Shown: positions 1-14,492 of the stretch, in pieces
Position numbering within the stretch: position 1 is the stretch's first letter
Layout: each line of letters begins with the position of its first letter
DNA from: Pristiophorus japonicus
Taxonomy: Eukaryota
Assembly: GCF_044704955.1 (NCBI RefSeq)
Contig: NC_091987.1
Location: 26,226,001 to 26,290,000, forward strand
Direction of reading: 5' to 3'
Length of the DNA: 64,000 nt
Program-made: the position numbers and the translations under genes
Notes under the pieces: generated by a model
The model's input: the letters and a program-made list of their open reading frames with translations, nothing else
Database searches by the model: none
Told to the model about the DNA's origin: nothing

Positions 1-1256
1 CATTCGGCCCAACAAGTCCATGCCGGCGTTTATGCTCCACTCGAGCCTCCTCCCGTCTTTCCTCATTTACATCTATCAGCATAACCCTCTATTCCCTTCT
101 CCCTCATATGATTGTCTAGCCGCCCCTTAAATGCATCGATACTATTCGCCTCGACCACTCCCTGCGGTAGCAAGTTCCACATTCTCACCATCCTTTGGGT
201 AAAAAAAAAATCCTTCTGATTTCCCTATTAATTATTTTGGTGACTATAAAGCCTAGTACAGATCCAAAAAGAGAGGGAAATTGCAATAGAAAGAGAAAAA
301 GATTGACTATCTCTGATAATATATATTCTGAGTTAACTAAACACGGAGTACATGTAACCTTTTAAAACTGAGATAAAGATTGAATCGGAATATATCTGTG
401 CATCAATCATTCTGATAATGAACGTCTCACTCTTTGATTATATCCAATGAGAATGCATTCATATTCTGGGGAGCCCAGACTGAACAGGCTGAGTCTCTTG
501 TCTCTGGAAAAAGAGAGTGACTTGATGAAACTTTTTAAGATTATGAAGCGGGTTTGATAGGGTAGACTTAGAAATTATGTTTGCACGTGCATGCACGAAA
601 AGAGCAAGGGGCCATATTTATAAGGTATTCACTAATAAGTACAATAGGAAATTCAGGAGAAGCATCTTTACCCAGAGAGTGGTGAGAACGTGGAACTCAT
701 TACCACGGGCATTAGTTGAGGCAAGAGCATTTTTTAAATATTAACAGGCAAGGCCAGAATTGATTGCCCATCCCTAATTGGCCTTGAAAAGGTGTTGGTG
801 AACCGCCTTCTTGAATGCAGCTGAGTGTCTTGCTGGCCATCTCAGATGGCACAGTAAAGAGTCAACCACATTGCCGTGGGTCTGGATTCACATACATTCC
901 AAACCGAGTAGGGACCGCAGATTTTGATCCCTAAAGAACAATTGTGAAGCAGATGGGTTTTTAAGACAATCCGGTAGTTTCATGTTCAACAGAGTGACCT
1001 CGGTGTCCTTGTACATGAATCACTGAATGTTTACATGCAAGTACAGCAAGCAATTAAGAAAGCAAATTGTATGTTGGCCTTTATTACAAGAGGATTTGAG
1101 TAAATACATCTCATTGCAATTACACAGGGCCCTGGTGAGACCGCACCTGAAGTATTCTGTACAGTTTTGTTCTCATTACTTAAGGGCCGATAGACGTGCC
1201 ACAGAGGGAGTGCAATGAAGGTTCACTGGGCTGATTACTGGGAAAGTGGGATTGTC

Positions 1257-3050
1257 AGAATCAGTTGAATTTATAATGGGGAACAAAGAAATGGCAGACC
1301 AATTGAACAAGTACTTTGGTTCTGTCTTCACGAAGGAAGACACAAATAACCTTCCGGAAATACTAAGGGACCGAGGGTCCAGCGAGAAGGAGGAACTGAA
1401 GGAAATCCTCATTAGTCAGGAAATTGTGTTAGGGAAATTGATGGGATTGAAGGCCGAAAAATCCCTAGGGCCTGATAGTCTGCATCCCAGAGTACTTAAG
1501 GGAAGTGGCCCTAGAAATAGTGATTGCATTGGTGATCATTTTCCAATAGTCTATTGATTCTGGATCAGTTCCGGTGGACTGTAAGGTAGCTAATGTAACA
1601 TAACTTTTTTAAAAAGGAGGGAGGGAGAAATCGGGGAATTATAGATCAGTTAGCCTGACATCAGTAGTGGGGAAAACGTTGATATTAATTGTTAAAAATG
1701 AAATAGCAGCGCATTGGGAAAGCAATGACAGGATCAGTCCAAGTTGGTATGGATTTATGAAAGGGAAATCTTGCTTGACAAATCTTCTGGAATTTTTTGA
1801 TCATGTAGCTAGTAGAGTGGATAAGGGAGAACCAGTGGATGTGGTGTATTTGGACTTTCAGAAGGCTTTTGACAAGTTCCCACACAAGAGATTACTGTGC
1901 AAAATTAAAGCACGGGGTATTAGGGGTGATGTATTGACGTTGATATAGAACTGGTTGGCAGACAGGAAGCTGAGAGTTGGGATAAATGGGTACTTTTCAG
2001 AATGGCAGGCAGTGACTAGTGGGGTGCCACAGGGTTCACTGCTGGGGCCCCAGCTATTTACAATATACATCAATGATTTACATGAAGGAGTTGAGTGTAA
2101 TATCTCCAAATTTGCAGTTAACACTAAGCTGCGTGGCTGTGCGAGCTGTGAGGAGGATGCTAAGAGGCTGCAGGGTGGCTTGGACAGGTTAGATGAGTAG
2201 GCAAATGCATGGCAGATGCAGTATAATGTGGATAAAAATGAGGTTATCCACTTTGGTGGCAAAAACATGAAGGCAGAATATTGACTGAATGGTGGCAGAT
2301 TAGGAAAAGGGGAGGTGCAACGAGACCTGAGTGTCATGGTACATCAGCCATCGAAATTTGGCATGCAGGTACAGCAGGTGCTGAAGAAGGCATATGGCAT
2401 GTTGGCCTTCATAGCTACGGGATTTGAATATAGGAGCAGGGAGGTCTTACTGCAGTTATACAAATCCTTGGTGAGGTTTCACCTGGAATATTGTGTTCAG
2501 TTTTGCTCTCCTAATCTGAGGAGGGACGTTGGTGCTATTGAGGGAGTGCAGCGAAGGTTCACCAGACTGATTCCCGGGATTGCAGGACTGACATATGAGG
2601 AGAAACTGGATCGACTAAGCCTGTATTTACTGAAGTTTAGAAGGATGAGAGGGAATCTCATAGAAACATATAAAATTCTGACGGGGCTGGATAGGTTAGA
2701 TGCAGGAAGAATGTTCCCAAAGTTAGGGAAGTCCAGAACCAGGGGAGACAATCTGAGGATACGGGGTAAGACATTTAGGACTGAGATGAGGAGAAACGTC
2801 TTCACTCAGAGATTTGGTAACCTGTGGAATTCTCTACCGCAGAGAGTTGTTGATGCCAGTTCGTTGGATATATTCAAGAGGAAGTTAGATATGGCCCTTG
2901 TGCCTAAAGGGATCAAGGGGCATGGAGAGAAAGCAGGAAAGGGGTACTGAGGGAATGATCAGCCATAATCTTATTAAATGGTGCTGCAGGCTCGAAGGAC
3001 CGAATAGCCTACTCCTGCACCTATTTTGTATGTGTCTATGTTTCTATGTC
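1257..3050 (+). mobile_element. CR1 LINE, 5'-truncated ORF2 and 3' tail, nested in an older CR1
   Basis: GFMKGKSCLTNLLEFF, YLDFQKAFD, SGVPQGS, RRMRG(D/N)LIE motifs and a ctatgt tail. The flanks (about 990-1256 and 3051-3105) join into one older CR1. Confidence 0.92.
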
Positions 3051-4289
3051 CTATGAGGAGAGATTGAGCAGTCTAGGCATATATTCTCCCTATTATTGAG
3101 AGGAACATAATTCTTATTACTCCGACTAGCTTTTTATTTGCAAATTTATTTAAATTCCATAGCTGCCGAGTTATGTTTTGAACTTGCTTCTCCAGATCAT
3201 TCGTACAGACCTCTGGATCACGAGCCCGGTATCACTATGCAACTGTTTCCCCGGACACAGACATGTCTTCAAAGGCCGGCTAAATACGTACAATAGGGAA
3301 AAGGAATAAACTTCAGAATGGATCAATAGGTTGAATGGTCTGTTTCTGTGCTGATATGTCTCTGTAATTCTATGTATAGGGGTTGTGTTTGGTGAAGTTA
3401 TATGTCAAGGTGACTGGCCCTGCAGCTCCCCAACAGTTTCGCTCAATTTACCCACAGGGCAAAGGAGAGACTTCAGACTTGTGACATCGCTCATCTCCAA
3501 CATCGACAATTCCTTGGCGGTTTAAACAAAATCATTCACGTGATGTGGGCTTCGCTGACAAGGCCAGCATTTATTGGCAATCCCTAATTGCCCTTGCCAA
3601 GCTGGTGGTCAGTCACCTTGAATGGCTTGCGAGGCCATTTCAGAGATGCAATTAAATGTCAACCTGATTGTTGTGGCTCTGGAGTCACATATATCAGTCA
3701 TGCCAGGTAACAACGGCAAATCTTGTTCCCTAAATGACATTAAGTAACCAGATGGGCATTTAGGAAAACCGATCGTTCCATGGTCATCATTACTGACACG
3801 AGCTTTTTGATTCCCGATATATTTAATCAAATCCTAACGAACATAGCTGCCATAGTAGGATTTGAACTCACGTCTCCAGAACATGATCCAAATATTTGGA
3901 GAACTAATATCAGTAACATTACCACGATGCGATGGTGCACCTAAATGTCCATCAATGCCCGTTTAGAGCAAACCATTTACAATGGAGGGGTAATTAGTTC
4001 TATTTGCCAAAGCCCTCTTGGAAGGGGAATGATATTGTTCACTCGCAGAACTGGTGGAAAGAGTTTGTCAGTGAAACGCATGTAACTTCAGTCCCAGAGG
4101 TGAAAGTCTTTCATTAGGCTGCCAATAACTATATAACAACATTAATAACAGGAGGAGAACATTAAGCTTACTCGAGCCTGTCACGGAGAAATAGAAGGAG
4201 GAAATTCAGACTTCTCATGCTTCTTTATTATCGCAACAGGATTAGCTGTTCAGCCCTTCATGACCCTATTACATAGGAACAGGCAAAGG

Positions 4290-4790
4290 TCATTAAGTTT
4301 GCCGTTAGCCGATTACATAGGAACAGGAGGAGGTCATTCGCGCCCCTGGAGCCTGTTACACAGGAACAGGACGAGGCCCATGCAGCCCCTCGAGCCTGTT
4401 ACAAAGGAACAGGAGGCCCATTCAGCCCCTCGAGCCTGGTACATAGGAACAGGAGGAGGCCCATTCAGCCCCTAGTGCCTGTTACACAGGAACAGGAAGA
4501 GACTCATTCAACCCCTCAAGCATTTTACACAAGAACAGGAGGAGGCCCATTCAGCCATCGAGTCTGTTACACAGGAACAGGAGGAGGCCTGTCCATCCCC
4601 TCAAGCCTGTTACACAGGAACAGGAGGAGGCCATTCAGCCCCTCGAGCCTGTTACACAGGAACAGGAGGAGGCCCATTCAACCCCTCGAGCCTGTTACAC
4701 GGGAACAAGAGGAGGCCATTCAGCCACTCGAGCCTGTTAAACAAGACATTCAGCCCCGGAAGCCTGTTAAACCCCTCAGGCCTGCTCCAT
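4290..4790 (+). repeat. 43-bp minisatellite derived from the CR1 3' tail
   Basis: About 10 copies of GTTACACAGGAACAGGAGGAGGCCCATTCAGCCCCTCGAGCCT. Confidence 0.92.
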
Positions 4791-5803
4791 TAGATCATGG
4801 CCTATGTGTACCGCAAACCCATGTACCCACCTTTGCTCGATATCTGTACATAAATCAGAAGTAGGCCTATATAGTTTAAGTTTGTTTAGCAATGCTGCGC
4901 ACATCGCATGGGGAAAAATTGGAAATAATTCTGAAGATAAACAGTTTTCTTTGTAGAAGTATTCCATTTATTTCTGAAACAATGAACAAATATAGAAATC
5001 AATGTATAAATCACAAGCGAGCTGTCAATATCTGACCTACAGCGAGCCTATGACACACAACGGAGAACTCTGATATCAGAATATGTCCACTGTCCATGAT
5101 GTGAATTCTACATCTAGCAAAATGGTTACCAGGACATTAATAATCATGCTAAGCCAGTGTTACATTTGCATTCTACTGCTTAATATTACTAAAATGGCAC
5201 CAGAGATGAAGGAATTCAGTTACGTGGAGAGACATGAGAAGCTAGGGTTGTTCTCCTTAGATCAGAGAAGGTTACGGGGGAGATTGACCACAATGGTACC
5301 AGGGATAAGGGACTACAGTTATACGGAGGGACTGGAGAAACTGAGATTATTTGCCTTGCGGCTAATTGGGCCTAATTGGATCGCTAGTTCAAAGAGCCAG
5401 CACATGCACGATGAGCCTAATGGCCTCCTTCAGTGGCAATACACTTCTATGACCATACACTTCTATGACCATATATAATTATTTTAAGAACATCGACTGT
5501 TAATTAATATTCAACCTAATAATATGTTCCTCAAAGCTGCATCTACTTAAACAACAGGATCTTAAAGAAATGTGAAGGATATAAAAAGATGTATTCTAAT
5601 AGAAAAGACAGAACCGGCCGTAAATTTCCTGCAACAGTGTCCTGCTGTGGCAGTGATGATTTATGGCCGAAGGTACACTGGTGCAGTGGGAGTGCATCGG
5701 ACTAAATTAACACCCTCGGTATTCACAATACTCTTATTTTTTCTTTCATTCCTCTCTTGTTCCGCCGTTTATCTTTTCTTTGATTTCATTATTTTCGTGA
5801 CGA

Positions 5804-5830
5804 TCAATCAAATCTTTTACTGTAAGAGGC
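5804..5830 (-). CDS. TRBC: TRBC exon 4 coding part (cytoplasmic tail ASYSKRFD*)
   Basis: gttttgtcttaattattcactag|GCC TCT TAC AGT AAA AGA TTT GAT TGA. Phase 0 matches exon 3, and the peptide resembles the elasmobranch TCRb tail as I recall it. Confidence 0.8.
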   Translation of the reverse strand, partial: ASYSKRFD

Positions 5831-7732
5831 CTAGTGAATAATTAAGACAAAACAGAGCGTGTTATTATCATCAAAGAATGATATAGCACAGAAACAGACC
5901 ATTCGGCCTGTCGGGCCTGTGTCGGCATTTTGAAAGTGCTTTCCAGTTAGCCCCACACTCCCCCCAATGTTTCCACACAGCCATGAAGCCCTCCGCCCTC
6001 AAGTATTTATCCAGTTCCCTTCTGAAAGTTACTATTGAGTTTCTTCCATTGCTCTCTGAGGAAGTGTATTCCAGATCACAACAACTCGCTGCATTGAAAA
6101 GAAATTCTACAGCTCCCCCTATACTTCTTTGGCAATCATCTCAAATCAGGGTCCACTTGTTATCGATCCTTCTGCCAGTGGACATTGTTTCTCCTTATTT
6201 ACTATCTCCAAATCCTTCATGATTTTGAACACCTCTGTCAAACCTCTCGTTAATCACAATTTAAAAAATCCAATTACTAAAAGATAATCCAATAGAACTT
6301 TCTTCAATTTGAAACATTTCTCCGTTGGTGTTGTGTACAATGGAAGTGAAAAGTGAGTGAATTTGTGTATTTGAGCTTCGTACAATAGGGACGAGGAATC
6401 AAAAACTTGCGGCCATGAAGATAAGATAGTCACTAGTAAACCCAATCGTGTTTAGAAGATAGTGGTTGCACTAGAGAGGGTACAGGGAAGAGTTACGAGG
6501 ATGTTGTCGGGATTGGAGAATTTTTAGCGATGAGGAAAGATTGTTTGATTTCGAACAGGGAGGCTGAGCAGAGAGCTTATTGAGGTGTATAAAATGATGA
6601 GGAGCATAGATAGAGTGAATTGGAAGGAAATATTTCCCTTAGCAGAGGTGTCAATAATCAGGGGCCATAGATTGAAAGTAGTTGGTTGGAGATTTAGAGG
6701 GTATTTGCAGAGGGATTTTTTCACTCATAGGGCTGTGGGGTTCTAGCACTCTGCCTGAAAGGCTGATAGAGGCAAAAACCCTCGAGGCATTTTACTTGGA
6801 TATGCACTTGAAGTGCCGTAACTGACAAGGCTATGGGACACGTGCTGGAAATGGGATCAGGCTGGACAGTTCTTTGTCCGTCAGCACGGATACGATGTGC
6901 CAAATGGCATCATTCTGTGCTGTAAATCTTTATGATTCTATGAGAATGTGAAATTCGTTACACATGGGGAAGTTGATGTGAGTAGCATAGATGCCTTAAT
7001 GGGGGAGCTGGATAAGTATATATGTGGGAAACGAATAGAAGGATATGCTGATCCGGTGAGATGAAGGGGAGTGGGAAGAGGATCGTGTGGGACTAATTGA
7101 ATAGATCTTTCTAACAGCCAGACCAGTCTCGATGGTGCTAAAGTTGGATGAATTTGGGTGGCATCAGACTCATGTGGTGTGTAAACACCGGCGAGGACCC
7201 GTTGCAGAGAATGGTCCTTTTCTCTGCTATTATCTCTATGTAGTTCTTTGATTGATGATAAGAACGTTAGAATGTAAGAAATCGGAGCAGGTGTAGGCCA
7301 TTGATCCTTCGAGCCTGCTTTGCCATTCAACAAGATCATGGCTGATCTTCTACCTAAACTCTAGTTTTCCATACTATCCCCGTATCCCTTCATTCCCTTC
7401 GCTACCAAAATGTTATCGATCTCTGTCTTCAATATATTCAGTGAGAAAATTCCAAAGATTCACAATGCTCTGAGTGAAGAAATTTCTCCTCATCTCAGTG
7501 CTAAATGGCCTACCGTTATTCTGTAACTGTGAAACCGTGTTCTAAATTATCTCAGAATTAAACCTTTCACGCCCCATAGAAATGTTATATGTTTCAATTG
7601 GATCACCTCACATTCTTCAAAACTCTAAGGAGTATAGGCCTTGTCTAATCAATCTTTCCTCACAGGCCAATCCCCTCATCCGATGAACCAGCCTAGTGAA
7701 TATTCTTTGAACTCTCTCTAAGGCAAGTAGGT

Positions 7733-8328
7733 CTTTATCACCATCATTAATGATGCAAGATCCTACAAATCCCCTGGGAGGACAGGCGCACTAATATCAG
7801 CATCCTCATTCAGGCTAACATCCCCAGCATTGAAATACTGACCACACTCAATCAGCTCTGCTGGGCAGGCCACAAAGTCCACATGCCACACACGAGACTC
7901 CCAAAGCAAGTGCTCTGCTCGGAGCTCCTTCACGGCAAAGGAGCCAAAGGTGGGAAGCGTAAATGATACAAGGACATCCTCAAAGCCTCCCTGATAAAAC
8001 GCAACATCCCCACTGACACCTGGCCTAAGACCGCCCTAAGTGCTCAGCGCCCCCTCGGATGCACTTCCTAAGTGGAGGAAGTGCATCCGAGAGAGCGCTG
8101 AGCACCTCGAGTCTCAACAAATAGAGCATGCAGAAATCAAGTGCAGACATTGCAAAGAGCTTGCGGCAAAGCAGTCCCACCCACCCCGTTCCTCGATGAC
8201 TATCTGTCCCACCTGTGACACAGTCCGTGGCTCTCATATTGGCCTGTTCAGCCACCAAAGAACTCACTTCAAGAGTAGAAGCAAGTCTTCCGCGATTCTG
8301 AGGGACTGCCTATGATGATGATGATTAT
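7733..8328 (+). mobile_element. RTE LINE 3' fragment
   Basis: RTE ORF C-terminus with a C2H2-like CPTCD...HIGLFSHQRTH motif and a gagggactgcct(atg)n tail. Confidence 0.8.
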
Positions 8329-8329
8329 A

Positions 8330-9890
8330 ATGACGTAGTACTAGGAAAAATAATCGGACTAAAGGCGGACAAGTCTCCTGGACCTGATGGCTTACATCCT
8401 ACGGTTTAATAGAAGTGGCTGCAGCGATAGTGGGTGCATTGGTTGTAATCTACCAAAATTCCCTGGATTCTGGGGCGGAGCCAGTAGATTAGAAAACCGC
8501 AAATGTAACGCCCCTTTTTTCGTGGACAAAAAACAGTAAACCAGTTAGCTGAACATCTGTCATTGGGAAAATTGTGGAGTCCATTATTAAGCAAGCACTG
8601 ACAGGACATGTGTAAAAGCATGACTCAATCAAGCAGAGTCATGGTTTATGAAAGGGAAATCATGTTTGACAAATTTGTTAGAGTTCTTTGAGGATGTAAC
8701 GAGCAGGGTGGATAAGGGGGAACCAGTGGATGAAGTGTTTTTGGATTTCCAGAAGGCATTCGATAAGGTGCCACATAAGAGGTTACTGCACAAGATAAAA
8801 GCTCACGGGGTTGGGGGTAATATATTAGCATGGATAGAGGATTGGCTAACTAACATAAAGACAGAGTCAGGAGAAATAGTTCATAATCCGGTTGGAAAAC
8901 AGTGACTAGTTGGATGCTGCTGGGGCCTCAACTATTTACAATCTATATTAATGACTTGGATGAAGGGACCAAGTGTAATGTAGCCAAATTTGCTGATGAT
9001 ACAAAGAGAGGTGGGAAAGCAAATTGTGAGGAGGATACAAAAAATCTGCAAAAGGATATAGACAGGCTAAGTGAGTGGGCAACAATTTGGCAGATGGAAT
9101 ATAATGTGGGAAAATGTGTAGGTGTCCACTTTGGCAGAAATAATAGAAAAGCAAATTCTAATTTAAATGGAGAAAGATTGCAAAGTTCTGCAGTACAAAG
9201 GGATCTGCGGGTCCTTGTGCATGAAACACAAAAAGTTAGTATGCAGGTACAGCAAGTGATCAGGAAGGCAAATGGAATGTTGGCCTTTATTGCAAGGGGG
9301 TGAGAGTATAAAAGCAGAGAAGTCCTGCTACAACTGTACAGGGTATTGGTGAGGCCACACCTGAAGTATTGGGTACAGTTTTCGTCTCCGTATTTAATGA
9401 AGGATATACTTGCATTGGAAATTGTTCAGAGAAGGTTCAGTTGGTTGATTCCGGAGATGACTTATGGGGATATGTTGAGTAGTTTGGGCCTATACACTTT
9501 GGAGTTCAGAAGAATGAGAGGTGATCTTATCGAATCATGTAATATAATGAGGGGGCTCAACAAGGTGGATGCAGAGAGGATGTTTCCACTCTTACGGGAA
9601 ACTAAAACTATGGGGCATAAGCGGTCGCCCATTTAAAACTGAAATGAGGAGGAATTTCTTCTCTCAGAGGGTAATTAATCTGTGAAATTCTCTGTCCCAG
9701 AGGCTGAGTCATTGAATATATTTAAGGCAGAGATAGATAATTTTTTGTGCGATAAGGGAGTAAAGGGTTATGGGTAGCAGGCAGAGCAGTGGAGCTGAGT
9801 CCATGTTCAGATCAGCCATCATCTTTTTGAATAGTGGAGCAGGTTCGAGGGACCAAATGGCCGATTCCGCTCTATTTCTTATATTCTTAT
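8330..9890 (+). mobile_element. CR1 LINE 3' portion (target of the LTR element)
   Basis: RT motifs FLDFQKAFDKVPH and KFADDTK. The tail is interrupted by the LTR element. Confidence 0.92.
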
Positions 9891-10101
9891 TGATGTGTAT
9901 CTGTAAAGCATGCACTCCCATGTTCCGCCACCAGGGAGCACATCCCCTGATGTCCCAAGGGATCCCAGCATCCCTTGGGAGCACTGTATATAAGCCAGCC
10001 CCTAAGGCCTGTTCCTCACTCTGTAGTTTCTTAACAAAGACTGAGGTCACTGATACTTTAACCTCCCTGTGTGCAGTCTCATTTGTGTTAGGAACACAAT
10101 A
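9891..10101 (+). repeat. 5' LTR
   Basis: TGATGTG...CACAATA with TATA box. 17 mismatches and no indels versus the 3' LTR (manual count). Confidence 0.95.
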
Positions 10102-13100
10102 ACTGGCGACGAGTATACAAATCCAATGCAAAGATGCAGCAAACTGTGGGCATCCTGGAGAAGTTCTCGGAGAGTGAGAACTGGGAAGCCTATGTCAAAC
10201 GGCTAGACTAGTACTTTGTAGCCAATGAGCTGGACGGAGAAGGAAGCGCTGCAAAAAGGAGAGCGGTCCTCCTCACGGTCTGCGGGGCACCGACTTACAG
10301 CCTCATGAAGAATCTCTTGGCTCCGGTGAAACCCACAGATAAGTCATATGAGGAGCTGTGTACACTGGTTCAGGAGCATCTTAACCCGAGGGAGAACGTG
10401 CTCATGGCGAGGTGTCGGTTCTACATATGTCAGCGATCTGAAGGTCAGGAAGTGGCGAGCTATGTCGCCGAGTTAAGGAGACTTGCAGGACAATGTGAGT
10501 TTGATGGCTACCTGGAGCAAATGCTCAGAGACTTTTTTGTACTGGGCATTGGCCACGAGACCATTCTACAAAAACTTTTGACTGTAGAGACACTGACACT
10601 CAGTGAGGCCATTGTGATAGCACAGGCGTTTATGTCCACCAGTGATAACACCAAACAAATCTCTCAGCACACAAGTTCGAGCAATGTTCATAAATTAACT
10701 AGAACTGTGTTTACGAGCAGAAATGTACAGGGCAGATACCACGAGCCTGCAACTTCCAGCAGGCCTCAGGTGACCCAGATGAAACAGAGTCCACAACGAA
10801 GGATGAATGCAAGGCAATTCATATCTTGTTGGCGTTGTGGAGGCTTCCATTCAGCCTATTCATTCCGCTTCAAAGGGTATGTTTGCAAGAGTTGTGGAAC
10901 AATGGGGCACCTCCAATGAGCTTGCAGAACCTCTGCAAAACCTGCTAACAACCACATGGCAGAGGAAGATCGGTCTATGGTGGATCAAAGCAATTTCGAG
11001 CCTCAGAGAGAGGAGCTAGATGCTAAAGTACACGGGGTGCACACATTATCGATGAAATTTCCACCTATAATGCTAAATGTAAAATTGAATGGCTTACCCG
11101 TAGCCTTGGAACTGGACACTCGCGTTAGCCAATTCATCATGAGTAAAAAGATGTTTGAGGGACTGTGGTGCAACAAGGCACTCAGACCAGCCCTGAACCC
11201 CATCCACACGAAACTGAGAACGTACACCAAAGAGCTCATCACTGTCCTGGGCAATGCCATGGTCAAGGTCACCTATGAGGGCACGGTGCATGAAGTGCCA
11301 CTCTGGATTGTCCCAGGCGATGGCCCCACACTACTTGGAAGGAGCTGGCTGGGCAAAATCTGCTGAAACTGGGATGACATCCGAGTGCTATCACATGTCG
11401 ATGAGGCCTCATGTAGCCAGGTTCTTACCAAATTTCCTTCCTTTTTTGAGCTAGACATTGGAAACTTTTCCAGGCCGAAGGTGCGGATCCACTTGGTCCC
11501 AGAGGCACGACCCATTCACCACAAGGCGCAAGCAGTACCTCACATGATGAGGGAGAGAATGGAAATCGATCTGGACAGGCTGCAACGTGAGGGCATCATC
11601 TGTCCAGTGGAATTCAGTGAAGGGCCAGCCCGATTGTTCCAGTACTCAAAAGTGATGGCACGTCAGGATTTGCGGCGATTTTAAAGTAACTATTAATCGT
11701 TTCTCGCTACAGGACCAGTACCCACTACCGAATGCAGATGACCTATTTGCAACGCTGGCAGGGAGCAAGACGTTCAGCAAGCTCGAACTGACTTCAGCCT
11801 ACATGACGCAGGAGCTGGAGGAGTCTTTGAAGGGCCTCACCTGCATCAACACGCACAATGGACTGTTCATTTACAACAGATGCCCGTTTGGAATTCGGTC
11901 AGCTGCAGCGATCTTCCAGAGAAACATGAAAATCCGACTCAAGTCGGTGCCATGCACGGTGGTATTTCAGGACGATATATTGGTCACGGGTCGGGGCACC
12001 GTCGAGCACCTAAAAAACCTGGAGGAAATTCTCCAGCAACTGGATCGCTTAGGGCTGCGGCTGAAGAGGTCGAAATGCATCTTCATGGCAACAGAAGTGA
12101 AGTTTGTGGGGAGAAAGATCGCGGCGGACGACATTCCGCCCACAGACACCAAGACAGAGGCTATCAGGAACGGGCCTAGGCCACAGAACGTCACGGAGCT
12201 GCGGTCGTTCCTGGGACTCCTGAACTATTTTGCTAACTTCCTACTGGGGTTAAGCACCCTCTTAGAGCCACTACATGTGTTATTGCATAAAGGTGAGAAC
12301 TGGGTATGGGGAAAAAAACCAAGTAATTGCTTTTGAGAAAGCCAGAAACATTTTATGCTCCAACAAGCTGCATGTATTGTATGACCCGTGTAAAAGACTT
12401 GTGCTAACTTGTGATGCGTCGTCGTACGGAGTAGGGTGTGTATTACAACAAGCTAATGTTGCGGGGAAGTTGCAACCTGTCGCCTATGCCTCCAGGAGCT
12501 TGTCTAAGGCCGAGAGGGCCGGCAACATGATTGAGAAATAGGCATTAGCGTGTGTGTTCAGGATAAAGAAAATGCATCAGTACCTGTTTAACCTCAATTT
12601 TGGGCTGGAAACCGATCACAAGCCCCTCATATCCCTGCTCACTGAAAACAAGGGGATAAATTTTACTGCCTCAGCCCACATACAAAGGTGGGCACTCGCG
12701 CTACCAGCGTATAACTATACCATCCGCCACAGGCCAGGCACCAAGAACTGTGCGGATACTCTCAGTCAGCTACCATTGCCCACCACGTGGCTGGAAATGG
12801 CACAGCCTGCAAACTTGTTGAGGGTGGTGCAGCCCGCAGACTTGTTGATGGTCATGGAAGCATTTGAAAATGATAAATCCCTTGTCACGGCCCACCAGAT
12901 TAGGACTTGGACCAGCCAAAATCCTCTGCTGTCCCGAGTAAAAAAACTGTGCACTGCATGGGAGCTGGGCCAGCATCCCTGTTGAAATGCAAGAGCTAAT
13001 CCAGCCATTGCAGCGGTGAAAGGATGAGCTGTCCATTCAGGCAGGCTGCTTGTTATGCGGTAACCAAAAAGTGCTACCCAAAAAGGGCAGGAAAACGTCC

Positions 13101-14281
13101 ATCTCGGATCTCCACAGCACACACCCGGATATAGCAATGATGAAAGCGATAGACAGATCCCACGTGTGGTGGCCCGGTATCGACTCTGACTTAGAGTCCT
13201 GTGTACGGAAATGCAGAGTGTGTGCTCAGTTGAGCAATGTGCCCAGAGAGGCACCACTAAGTTTGTGGTCCTGGCCCTCCAGGCCATGGTCGAGGATCCA
13301 TATCGACTATGCGGGCCCATTTCTCGGTAAAATGTTCCTGGTGGTGGCGGATGCTTTTTCAAAATGGATTGAACGTGAAATAATGTCGGGAAGTACCACC
13401 ACCACCACCATTGAAAGCCTGAGGGACATGTTTGCCACCCATGACCTGCCTGACATACTGGTCAGTGACAACAGGCCATGATTCACCAGTGCCGAATTTA
13501 AAGAATTCATGACCCGCAATGGAATCAAACATGTCACCTCGGCCCCGTTTAAACCAGCCTCCAATGGGCAGGCAGAGTGGGCAGTACAAGCATTCAAACA
13601 GAGCCTTAACGAATCACAGAATGCTCACACCATACCCGCCTGTCCTGAGTACTGCTCCGCTACCGCACGAGACCCCACTCGCTCAAAGGGGTGCCCCCTT
13701 CTGAGCTACTCATGAAAAGGACACTTAAAACCAGACTCTCGCTTGTTCACCCCAACCTGCATGATCAAGTGGAGAGTAGGCGGCAGCAAAAAAATGTAAA
13801 CGATGGTCGCGCCACTGTGTCATGGGAAATTGACCTGACTGACCCTGTGTATGTGCTAAACTATGGGCATGGTCGCAAGTGGATCGCAGGCACGGTGATA
13901 GCTAAAGAAGGGAGTAGGGTATTTATAGTCAAACTAGACAATGGACACAGTTGCAGAAAGCACCTGGACCAAACGAGGCAGCGGTTTACAGACTGCCCTG
14001 AACAACCCACAGAAGACGCCACCTTTTGAGAGCCCACAGCACACACCCACATGATCAACGACACCATCCCGGACCAGGAAATTGAACCCATCACGCCCAA
14101 CAGTCCAGCAAGGCCAGGCTCACTCAGCAGCCCTGCAGGGCCAACAACACGCCAGCCCAGCGAGAGCACAGCCAACACACCAGAACAGATATTTGTACCG
14201 AGGCGGTCCACCAGGGAAAAAAAGGCTCCCGACCGCCTCACCTTGTAAATAGTTTTCACCTTGACTTTGGTGGGGAAGTGA

Positions 14282-14492
14282 TGTTGTGTATCTGTAAAGC
14301 ATGCACTCCCACGTTCTGCCACCAGGGAGCGCATCCCCTGAAGTTCCAAGGGATCCCAGCATCCCTTGGAAGCACTGTATATAAGCCGGCCCCTTAGGCC
14401 TGTTCCTCACTCTGGAGTGTCTTAATAAAGACTGAGGTCACTGTTACTTTAACCTTCCTGTGTGCAGTCTCATCTGTGTTGGGAATACAATA
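14282..14492 (+). repeat. 3' LTR
   Basis: TGTTGTG...TACAATA, containing TATATAA and AATAAA. Confidence 0.95.

Larger units (their letters stand above)
9891..14492 (+). mobile_element. Full-length decayed Ty3/Gypsy (Mag-like) LTR retrotransposon
   Basis: 211-bp LTRs, CTTAT 5-bp TSD (9886-9890, 14493-14497), PBS TGGCGACGAG (10104-10113), and PPT before 14282. Gag has two decayed CCHC knuckles. Protease (LDT), RT (FQDDILV), RNase H (CDAS) and integrase (IHIDYAGP, VSDN) follow in Gypsy order, broken by stops and frameshifts. Confidence 0.96.

Noticed and set aside
3370-4140. Candidate TCR beta 3' enhancer or inverted downstream V gene
   Set aside because: Only an isolated TGACATC motif, with no convincing RUNX/ETS cluster, V motifs or RSS visible.
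4260-4864. Repetitive ORFs and CRISPR-like periodicity (also 50151-50757)
   Set aside because: These are head-to-tail minisatellites without unique spacers, derived from CR1 or SINE sequence in a vertebrate genome.
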